Part shown: positions 1 through 10,613 of the stretch, in pieces
Layout of the letters: each line of letters begins with the position of its first letter
How positions within the stretch are numbered: the stretch's first letter is position 1
Assembly (NCBI RefSeq): GCF_964204645.1
Contig: NC_134030.1
Coordinates: 2,334,678 to 2,398,677, forward strand
Source: Tubulanus polymorphus
Taxonomy: Eukaryota; Animalia; Nemertea
Reading direction: 5' to 3'
Length of the DNA stretch: 64,000 nt
Program-made: the position numbers and the translations under genes
The notes under the pieces: model-generated
Seen by the model: only the letters and a program-made list of their open reading frames with translations
What the model was told of the DNA's origin: nothing
Database searches by the model: none

Positions 1-3000
1 CGTCGGATAGAATCGTCGCTGGAAAACGTCTCAGAGGATCTTCGGTATCGTCGTCTGGTTTCTCGTTCTCTTCTTTCAAACTCAAATAGACGTCGAAGAA
101 TTCGTAATAAACTCGATATTGAACGTCGGAAACTCGATCGAAAATTTCGTAAACTTCACCGGCGCTCGCAATGTAGTCATCTTTCGGTTTTGACCTCGAC
201 AACAGGTAATCTCGCATTATATCTAAATGCGGACGAACTTCTAACTTTAAGGCTTGTCTGAATTCGGCTAACGGAGTTAGAATCATCGGTTCAATTCGAT
301 CAACCGCTGATACTTTCAAATAGTTTTTCTTGGTTTTTTCCAATTCTTCCACAATGGTGTAAAATGCATTGTATACATCTATTGACGCATTGTCGACCAC
401 ATCAATATTAGCTTTCAGAAACGTCGACAAAGCATTTATATGTGATTTGGTATCAACCAAATCGTTGTTGAATTTTGCGATTATCTTTAGGTCTTGGGTT
501 TTTATTTTCGGGTCGACCCGATGAATGGCGTCCATTGAAGTCTGATAGTCGGAGACCAGAGTTTCTTCATGACTGTATCTAGCCGATATGGTTTTAGCCA
601 TATAAGACGATAGCGACGAATAACTAATTTGCGATTCGTATGAGATTTTCTGACAAGGAATTGAACATTGTGAATTACAAATTGATGAATTCCTTTTTAC
701 TTTGGCTGAAATGAATAACAAAAAAACATTTAATGAAATTAAATCTAAAACTTGTTAATCTACCAAACTTTTTCTATTTTACTGTAACTTTGAACACAGT
801 AATGTTAATGCAAATCATATAGTAACTATGTCCGAAGTTCCGTGTACAAATGTAACTGATAGTAAAACATAGCAATGATAAAAATAGTGATTCAGAGCGA
901 TAGTGTTATGAAGATTCAAAAGCTGTTTTACACACGTAGTTTAACAGACAGACAGAATTTTGATTTTTTGTATTCTACTTAAATCGTTCCATTTTACTGT
1001 GTCATTGTTTAGTTCAGTACGCAACTTGTTTAGTTTTACTTTGCACGCGATTTGTAAATCTGATCTGCAAGTTATTCAGCGATTCATGGAGATACGTTAT
1101 GGAGGTTCAAGTGTAGCTTTACATAGTTGAACAGATAGAAATATGAATAAATGTTTGACTGAATAAAACGTACACAGTTCTAGTTGCATACAGTCACGGT
1201 TTTTGATCATGCTACAATAAGGCAATCCATCGAATTGATTTTGTTCCGCGTAGTAAGGCAAACACTGACAAACATCGGCAGCTTTTCTAATGTGACATTG
1301 TCTTAAACACGTTTCCAACGGAGCGACGCCATGTTTACAAGTACCGTGAGGATATGGCAGTTCAGTCGTCTGAAAAATCAATTTATGTTTTTCTTGTTTT
1401 GACTTCCCATCACACGTTTAAGTATTCTAAACTAGATTTAAGACCAGTCTAAGACTATCTAAGTTCTATAGCCAATCTAAAAATTTAAGATCAGTTTTAA
1501 GAGATTGTGCAACTTTGCACGATTGTGCAACTGGCTCCAGATGCATTGACAACACTTATAAACGAGTTACCAAAAAACTGTCGATTTGGTTTTTTAACAA
1601 ATTATTTTCTACAAGTCAAGTTCATCCCTACCTGTAGTGTATTGATACCAATAACGGCCATCATTTTTGCCGGCACAAAAATTCCCAGGTTTTTGACTCG
1701 AGGAACTTCGTTTTTATCGTGAACAAGAACTCGTAATCCTGATGACTTGTGTTCACCGCTCATTGTCTGATACGTTTCCATATTTATCAATAATCTCAAT
1801 CCGAATGCGATACCTAATGAATATTCATTAAACGTCATTAGCATATTTATTTGCATAACTATTAGATTGATTATTGTTCAGTCATTTTTTTTGTACTGCA
1901 TTTTGACTAACTTTTGTCACCACACGTGTTGATGTATAATGGTCCAGTGTTAATCAAACATTTACTTTTTATTGTGCCTTAGAAATACTTTAAACCACTT
2001 CAATTTTATCCGTAATTAGTTTGGGGAAAAAGTTGATATTTGTTATCGTGATTTAGAGGCCCTCATTGGACGATGTTGAGTGCTTGGATTCTTGTCATCA
2101 CATCACATCGGGTTCGAATCCCAGATATAGAAAATATTTACGAAAATCTGAATCTAACAGAATTCCGATACAGCTTTACAGCAATATAAAACATTCACAT
2201 TCATTTCAGTTTTTTTTTAGAGTACTAGATGTTTTTACGTCTTGAATTTCAATTTCTAAAACCTACCCGTTCCTTGTGAGGAAACGTTTCGTGATTGGTC
2301 GATGTTAAAACTGTAACACAAGCCGTAATCAGTGAATATTGCCGTGAAATTATTCGTATCCAGATTTTCAGATTGAAACGACGCTTTTTTGATTGAATCT
2401 TTCATTCTGTGGCTCATGTTTAACATCAAATAACGTAAATCCATTTGAACGACAGACGATGATGAAGAGTTATAAGTTTTATCACTGTAAAATCCTGATA
2501 CCTGTTCATGAAACCCGGCCGCCTCTACATCAGATAACCTTTAAACGAAGACAGTTTTATAGGTTTTAATTCTTTATGAATTAGAAAAATTAGATTTTAT
2601 TTCATTTACGATTTTATCATAAAATCCACTTGTAACAAAACTTTTGAATTGTATCGTTTTGAACAAGTCAATGAATTCGCCGATGACAGTTCAAAAAGAT
2701 TTCTGACACTAATATCGTTGATAGATATTTCCTGTTCGCTAACGTTCTGAGTCTACAGTTCTACATATTTTACCTAATTCAACATTCGTAAATGAAATAA
2801 AGTGGCTACCTGAAAGTGTTAGTGTTACAGATAGTAACAGCAGGGAATGATAGTTCTCCTGTTTCTGGTTTTCCCACTGTTATATCAGAAGTTACAGGCC
2901 ACGACAGATAATACGTGGTACGGTCATATATCTGATAACACAATACGCCAGTCATACCCACAAATAAAATCAACCAAATCAACCTGAAATATATTACAAT

Positions 3001-3311
3001 CAGAATAGATACTTTACAATCATCGCAGTTCTACAATTCATGGGTAGATTTGGAAGTTGTGCATGAATTAATAATCTTTAAATCGAATAAAGACTAAATT
3101 TGAAATAACTCTATCAATTCAAAGATCTATATGATCAAATATTACTTTCCCTGTGCTGGAGTATAGGTTGAAGAATAAGCTATACTCACCTAGCGTAGAA
3201 GTTAGGCGAATGTGCGATGTATTTCACTCCGTGGAAGTTTGTTTCATTAGCGAAATCAAGAGCCGCCGTTTTAAAACTCTCTTTCTCTTTCGCGTCTTGT
3301 TTTTCAGCCAT
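1..3311 (-). CDS. DEG/ENaC (ASIC/FaNaC-like) amiloride-sensitive channel subunit, 5' six exons; the 3' end lies beyond the window start
   Basis: Exons 3190-3311, 2810-2983, 2267-2538, 1632-1813, 1174-1369 and 1-705 (open to the edge) have GT-AG boundaries and compatible phases 2,2,1,0,1. The spliced protein begins MAEKQDAKEKESFKTAALDFANETNFHGVKYI (pre-TM1 HG motif), then TM1 LIWLILFVGMTGVLCYQI, FPAVTICN, TDYGLCYSFN, GLRLLIN, GLRVLVHD and a Cys-rich thumb (CLRQC..C.CLPYY..C..C..C...CSIPC). TM2 and the GxS filter are not in the window. Confidence 0.93.
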
Positions 3312-3995
3312 TGTTTCAAGCAATTGAAAATAGTTGAGAATAAAAGTAGTTTTAACGATTCAAACTCAATTGACGAATTACCCCCGAAAACTTATGCGAA
3401 ATCTGCAGAACGGAGCGGTTATAATATCAACTGAATCCTCCTTGTGTAAGAAAAACTCCTGACTATTCCCGATTTTGTTGTTAAGAGGGCGGTGAGGTCA
3501 CAATCCAAGCTACAGACGCACAAACGTTCAAACCCCGTGAGTCTGCTGTAACACGCGATATCAACAACTGGTAGCCATGAAACTGTATCGGCTGAAAGAA
3601 TGATTTTTTGAAATAAAGCCCGGAATAGAACAATCGATATTTGTTACATTTTAACCTGAACACACGTCATTAGCGTCAATTCAGGAACAAATTAAAAATG
3701 CAAAATTGAATGAGAGAAGTACCTTAAACAATTGGATCCACCGGTGAAACGAAAATATCTGCCGTGGCACATCACGCAGCTCGTATTGACTGATCCTGCG
3801 GGAGGTCTACAGCCTTTTAATTGCCAGTAATATTTCAGATGTGTAATGGCTTCATTGAACATTATCAAACATGCATGAGTATGTGAATTATAATCGATTA
3901 ATTGGATTGTTTTCGTAGCGATCAAACCAGTTTACAGTCGTTTCTATTGTTTCATAAATGTTATTGACGCAGGTGTTCTTCTGCTGCTAGGAGCG

Positions 3996-4232
3996 TGCAT
4001 CCCTCTCAGCCTGGACTTTGCCCCCTCCAGTCTGGACCCTGGCTGCACCCCATCAACCTGGACCTTGCACCCCTCTCAGCCTGGACTTTGCCCCCTCCAG
4101 TCTGGACCCTGGCTGCACCCCATCAACCTGGACCTTGCACCCCTCTCAGCCTGGACTTTGCCCCCTCCAGTCTGGACCCTGGCTGCACCCCATCAACCTG
4201 GACCTTGCACCCCTCTCAGCCTGGAACCTGCA
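3996..4232. repeat. 70-bp tandem repeat (about 3.3 copies) built from three diverged 21-25 bp subunits
   Basis: Identical units at 4001-4070, 4071-4140 and 4141-4210, each containing three cc..ca.nCTGGAC subrepeats. This repeat explains the overlapping repetitive ORFs 3995-4433. Confidence 0.95.
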
Positions 4233-4761
4233 CAGACACACTTCACATGTATTCAGAACTTCACTCGAGAGACATTTTTGATTAAGAATATTCTACAAAC
4301 ATTAGATATTGGAGATTTTATCAGCACCCTGTCAGAAACTAATCGCCCACAGAGCACGCAGTTGACTAAGGTGGATGCCCGAGGAGCTGGCCTCAGCGTA
4401 CTAGACCTATATAATGGAATTGAAGATATATAATATCATTATCAGTCGAGGGCAGATTATTTAACCTTGTCACGACTAAGCCATATATATCGTAATCCTT
4501 ATTGAGTAGAGACGATGATCAAAGTAATTTCCCTAATGTCACAATTATTTCTATATCAGCTTCATCATGACGGATATCGTATGACGTATATTCTGCAGCC
4601 GTGTAACGGTTAGTTAACAGTAAGCCGCTAACAGCGCTCTGTAGATTTCGCTGTAATTATCCCGTCATTTTCACCTCGAATCGAGAAAGAGTTGTAAGAG
4701 TTTTTAGTTTTCCGTCGCGCACACGCACGATTTTCATTCATAATTCCATCGCTGAACGATA

Positions 4762-7700
4762 ATGACGAACGGATCTCAAATTCAGCCCTTAAAACTCTCG
4801 TCGACTACGTATTTCATCACCGGATTTTTCCTCACTTCGATTTGTAAGTTAATTCCGTGTTTTGTTTTTTTTTAAAGTGAACCATTTGCGACCAAAACTT
4901 CAAACTATTCGAATATACGTATTAGGTTATTTTTCTGTCACCCGTTGCTTATGTGTCTTACCTATCTTTTAACCAATGTTTGAAATATCACGATACAGGG
5001 GGCAGTTACAGAAAGGTTGTTTGATGTTAACCAGTTTTTGAATACATCAGTAGCGGGTCAGAAAGGTTTTGTAATGTTATCTAGTGTTTAAATACCGCAG
5101 TGCACGATCCAAAAGGTTTTATCTACTGTGAATCTGTGTTGGTTAAAGCAAGGAGGTGAGTTAAAGGCTCCCTTGTTAACGGCTTTATTTTTAATATCAA
5201 CTGAGAGGTGGACCCTTCTGATATCAGGTACCGCGGTAGAGAGATCAGTCATTTGTTAAGTGATGTTATCAAATAACATTGTAAAAATTATGTCTTGTTT
5301 TTTTCTCTAGTAATGACTTAAGACGTGGTTCATTGCATTTTGTATTAAAGGTGTTGTGGCGACGGTTGGAAATACATTTCTACTATTACTTCTCACCAAA
5401 TTCAAGCTATTTCATCGACCTATTAATCTCTTATTGATTAACCTGTCCGTAGCCGATCTCATCGAAGCTTTCATCGCCTACATATTTGCCGTGATTTCCA
5501 CTTTCCAGCAAAGGTAAGCTTTTTCTTTTGTAATGTACCCAGACTTGGAAATTTCAGAAAAAGAAAAAAGGAAAAAGCGAAAACTTGGAAAATTATGGAT
5601 AAATGTTCAATCATGTATAGAAAATATTACTTTTTCGGCCTCAACCCGTTTGGTGTCACTCAGGGCAACATTAGCCCCTCAAACAACTGTGTGTAACTTA
5701 TGATTCGAAGTTTCGTCTTTTCCAATCAGGGGAAGTTAGGCCAGAGAACACTCTGCAGCCACCAGGGCTTAGCTACCGAGTCGTGAAGTCCAAGAGTGGA
5801 CTCTAGTGTAGATTTGGTCTGATGCTAGATTGGCTATACCATGTTTGTACAACTGGGCCATGTATTCGAACCTATGACTACTAGATTGACCATTCTGTCG
5901 AATCGTAGTTCTTTAAACGTATTGGATATAAAGTCATGCTCTTCGTGTATATTTTACAGATGGCTGTTTGGATATACGGGCTGTGCGCTGTACGGTTTTG
6001 TATGTTTTGCTACTGCCCTCAGTAATATTTTCACCCATGTCGCACTGGCCGTCTACAGATACAGATGCGTTTGTAAACCAAAATTTTTGGGTAAGTAAAA
6101 ATCAAACGATTTCGCAGCCATCTTGGATTTTGAATAATGGACGCGAGACTAGCGGGCTGAAATGGTTGATTGTTTGCCAATTGGAATTTCGCCTACAAGT
6201 CATACGTGATTACCACCAAATCATATATCATGAGGTGTGATCCAAAATGGCCGCCTCGCTAATAGGGGGTGCAGTAGTTTGTCATAGGCAGAGGAAGAGG
6301 AAGAAGTCCTCGACTGCCGCAGTTGCTTTGTTTAGTCAACATATTCTACTAAATGAAATTGCAAAACTGCCCAACGAGTGGCAAATATCTTTCCCCGTGA
6401 GACTGATCAAATTGAATCTAAAATTTAAAAAAAACAACATCAAATTGAAAAAATGTATAGCCTACCACGTTTATTTCCATCATCAAAACAGTTCAATTCT
6501 AACAATCATTTGGTGACCTTTTATTAAACTTCATTAAATTAGATACATTTAATGTACTTAAGATAATGTTTTTTTTTTAAGTCAAACTTCTTCATTTTTA
6601 CGAATCCTAGACACACCATACATGGTTCAGTCTCTGTAAGCCATTAGTCAGTGTTACGTATTCCGTAACCCATCGTATTCTTTACCAACAGATCTTTCAT
6701 TGGACCCGAGCACATCGTTGTATTTGGTAGTTTTGGGAATATGGTCGTTGTCGATTGCCTGGAGTGTTCTTCCGTTCATCGGTTGGGGGCGCTACGGACC
6801 GGAACCTTTCGATACTTCCTGTTCGATCAATTGGCATGCGACTGATTACAGTAATTTTTCGTACACGATCTCAACGTTCTTTACGACTCTCATTATACCT
6901 GCCGTAGTGATGATCGGCTGCTATGTGAAGGTATTTGATTCTATTCATTTCATGATCATCAAAGTAAGAAATCAATAAACTATATACTGATTACACATTA
7001 AACATGACAATCACCGAAAAGATAATATCAATCTAATCAATATGCAACAAGATATGCTAATGAAGTTGTATGAATATTCATTAGGTATCGATGTATTGGA
7101 GCATGATGAATTTACAAATATGTATATAGTATAAAAAGGGAAATCTATAGTTCTCTATAGTTCGAACAGTGGGAAAGATCAATCATAAGTTTTTTTTTTT
7201 TTTTTTTTTTTTTTTTGATCTTAAAATAGGGATTGTCCCTGTTGTTTATTTGGTTTGTAAAGTTCGTTAGATTTTTTGATTGAGTGTCCCTTACAGACCC
7301 ACCACACCTGCCGGGAGCGAAACAGGGGGTCAATCATAAGTTTTAACGCTTTAGAGCCAAATATCAGCCTTACACTGGTGAGTAATAGGGGTAATGGGCT
7401 TTCAAGCCAAAGGTCGAACGGTCGAGCTCATTAAAAAACAAATATTGAAAGTAATTTAAAACTATAATATATTTTCATAACCGTGTGTATTTCAGTTGAA
7501 TAATAGAATAATTATTATTATCAAAATATATTTGATTATATGAATTTGTGTATTGTAAATAAATCAATTGGTCGCGGAGCGGAGCGGTAGCGAAGTGGAG
7601 CGACCAATTGATTTAATACAATATGCTTTTTAAATTTAAATTATTGATATCTTAGAATAAATATTTAGTTATAATATAAAATACACACGGTTATGAAAAT

Positions 7701-8661
7701 ATATTATAGTTTTAAATTACTTTCAATATTTGTTTTTTAATGAGCTCGACCGTTCGACCTTTGGCTTGAAAGCCCATTACCCCTATTACACTGGTGGAGT
7801 CAAATTTCCAGAGATTGGAACAGAATAGGTATATCATGTAGATACGAACAGACAATATTATAAATTACAGATGGCTTGTTACAACAAACAACTGCGCAGG
7901 AATATAACACCGCTAGACGCAGTACCGCCACGTACTACCTGCCCCGGATGTTCATCCGCTAATGGAAGCGAAACGACGACAATTATCAGCTCTGCTCAGA
8001 CGACTTTATCCATCTTAGAACAGAGAGCTAATTGTGTACGTATTAACCCCTTCATATTACCCCCCCCCCCAGATTTCCAATCAATCACGCCACTCCCAGT
8101 GCTATTCACACTCATCAACTTCAACGCCCACTCCCCCAAATATCCACTCTCACCACCCCCATAAAACTAATAAGATGAATAAAACTAATAAGAAGATCCG
8201 CCATCCATCAGTCCTGAACATCTACCATTTGAGAATTTATAGTTTTAGTTCTTGCGATCGTCACCAGAGGACTGAAAGATGCAACATTCCAATCAGAAAC
8301 ATTTGCTCCGGATCCCAATATGTCAACGGCTGTTATGATATTGATTGTATTAACGGTCTTTATTTTGTAGGTAATCTCCGTCACCATGATTCTATTTTTT
8401 GTTGCCTGGTTACCGTACGGTATACTATCCATCATGGCGGCTTTCGGGTTCAAGGTCACGCCTAGTCTGGCAATAGTTCCGGTGATGTTGGCCAAGTCGC
8501 AATCCGCCTTCAATCCGATAGTCATCATCTCAATGCATGCACATGTTCGAAAAGCGCTGAAGGCGTTACTATTGAAGAACCCAGCCGGTTTGGAGTTGCC
8601 GGTCGCCGATAACGACCAGGCGCGATCAGTGCCCGCTCATACACGCACTTCAAAATTCTGA
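4762..8661 (+). CDS. Opsin (class A GPCR with retinal-binding Lys), tetraopsin group (peropsin/neuropsin/Go-like); 6 exons, 356 aa
   Basis: Exons 4762-4843, 5351-5513, 5960-6090, 6692-6930, 7871-8035 and 8371-8661 are GT-AG with phases 1,2,1,0,0 (1071 nt). Motifs: TM1 GN, TM2 NLSVAD, WLFGYTGCALYGF, YRY, ECL2 GWGRYGPEPFDTSCSINW (E181 equivalent), TM6 AWLPYG, TM7 LAKSQSAFNP (K296 equivalent). The subfamily assignment is tentative. Confidence 0.92.
7189..7330 (-). mobile_element. Short poly(A)-tailed retroposon (SINE or LINE 3' end) with target-site duplication, in opsin intron 4
   Basis: About 115-bp body plus about 28 nt of poly(T) on +, flanked by the direct repeat caatcataagtttt (starting about 7180 and 7331). 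A second copy lies at 54491-54697 in the opposite orientation. Confidence 0.8.
7382..7789. mobile_element. MITE / foldback DNA transposon with about 110-bp TIRs
   Basis: gtaataggggtaatgggctttcaagcc...ccgtgtgtattt (7382-7492) is the reverse complement of 7679-7789. Flanks actggtga / actggtgg suggest an approximately 8-bp TSD, and there is an internal hairpin at 7561-7614. Confidence 0.85.
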
Positions 8662-9322
8662 GCGTTCTGCCGAATTGTAGGATTATGGGATTCGATCCCA
8701 CCTCGTCCTACAGATGTATACCAACAACACAAAACTGAAAAGGAGATAACTGACAGGTCACGGTTAGCTTTAGAATAATATGTCAGTTACAAAGTTACGA
8801 TTCCTATTTATTTGGAGTTGTTTGGAGTCATTTCCATCGCAAATATAACGTACAATTCTGATCTTCCCTTCTATCTCTCAATATTTGAATATTTAAACAG
8901 ATCCACGAGTTTCTTTTTTAAAAATTCATTTATTCCGCTATTTTCATGTAAATTGAAAATGTGCTTTATTCATGTGTGTCAAGTTTCCTATGGTTTATCA
9001 GTGTCACGAATGAATTATTCATTTGAATCATGTTTAGTGTTTTATAGGTGAAAATCAATTCTATTAATTGTAGTTTGTTTGTGATGTTTGTGGAAATTAT
9101 TTTTTAAACGAGTCAAGAATTTCCGTCTCAAATTGAACTTATTGGTACACGATGTATCAAAAATGTATCAAAATGTATAAGAAAGATACAGAGTTCTCCC
9201 TTAAAGCGAAATACGTCCAATGTTATATACAGTTGATCACAAGACATGAAGCCGGGGTATTACCGGGCAATTTATGTATTTTTGATGATGAAAATGTAAA
9301 TGATAGAAATTGTCAAACTTTG

Positions 9323-9450
9323 TATGAAAGTTGTAATAAAAAGTTCATGAATTTGTGTTTAACTCAGCGACGTTGATTCTGTTCATATGAAAGTTGTAAT
9401 AAAAAGTTCATGAATTTGTGTTCAACTCAACGACGTTGATTCTGTTCATA
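9323..9450 (+). repeat. 63-bp tandem duplication containing AATAAA; possible opsin poly(A) signal
   Basis: tatgaaagttgtAATAAAaagttcatg...ctgttca occurs twice, about 660 bp after the opsin stop codon. The poly(A) role is inferred. Confidence 0.6.
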
Positions 9451-10613
9451 TTCGATTCGTACTCGAGTTATCCTTTGACTCCTGGCCGAGAAAATTCTCT
9501 GAAATTATGAAAATCTTAAACGGTTTCTCGAGAATCATGGAATGAGGTACATATCTATGTATTATAAGCATTTTTACGGTGATAATCATCCGCTAATAGT
9601 TTGATGACACTCCTTGAAGATTTTAGCAGGTCATTATGGCAGAAGATAATTTGCTGTTAATTATCAAATGATTCGCTATTAACCATTAGTGAAACATCCC
9701 GCATCGTAACGGTTATAACGAAGAATTCTACAATATAAAAGAAAATCGAGTCCGAAATTGTTTCATTAATGTTTTATTTATTTGGCTAATGCTTTATTTG
9801 GCTTCAGTAAAACATTGAAGATGACTGACTACATTCAGGATAAATTCGAAACGTTGAAATAAACTATCGAGGAAACATCTCGATTTCATCCTAAAAGCGA
9901 TCTTCGGGTTTGTTACATTTTGTAATAGTAATTCCTGAAGATGACTGGCTATCAAGTATATAGTCGAAATATCGTAATAAACTATAAGCTCAAGGAATTA
10001 TTTCGGACTCTTTTGCAGTAATTTTTCTGATTATGATTTGCTGGTATATAAGATTATCTCAATAATTCGTGTTGTTATCGCATACTGGTTTTCATTATAC
10101 ATAATATTTGAAAGCAATAATAAAATGCTGAAAACCTGCCCGTTCTCTATTCAGTGTATATAGACACTATTAAGAGTATGTAAACCTGATATTGGTGTTG
10201 GCGTTCGTCTGTTTATTTGTCGTATAAAGACAGTAATGATTGTCACGGGCAATAAAACCGTTGATTATGCTTGCTGTTTGTCACGCCACGGTAGATCTGT
10301 TAATACTCGTGCCCGGTGCGGTTTTTAAGACGTATATATTTTAAATACATATATATTTCGGTATATGAAAACATACGGACGATTTTACGGTGAGGACGAT
10401 AAGGAAATTGAAGACTGTGTCTCATATCGACGTGTATTTTTGCGAGGAGTATTTTATAAAAAATATGTGAAGTAACTATAGAAAATTCACGCAATTCAAC
10501 AATAAACTTATCTTACTTACTGATAAGACGAGAAGTGCGATAAGTTGTAAATCATATATATAGTGTTATAAAGGGATTTTACTTTCTTATCGAGAACTAA
10601 AAAAACTACAGAG

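Noticed and set aside
3481-3925. Minus-strand ORFs with a possible 67-nt intron (3722-3656)
   Set aside because: No recognisable product. It may be 5'-UTR of the channel gene, but that is unsupported.
5636-5810. Possible HDV-like ribozyme or SINE in opsin intron 2
   Set aside because: I could not assemble the nested double pseudoknot by eye, and there is no second copy in the window.
8242-8370. In-frame hydrophobic stretch upstream of the last opsin exon as coding sequence
   Set aside because: It ends in an in-frame TAG that is the acceptor at 8370. Exon 7871-8035 supplies the loop with the correct phase.
8208-8528. 106-aa minus-strand ORF
   Set aside because: Antisense shadow of the last opsin exon.
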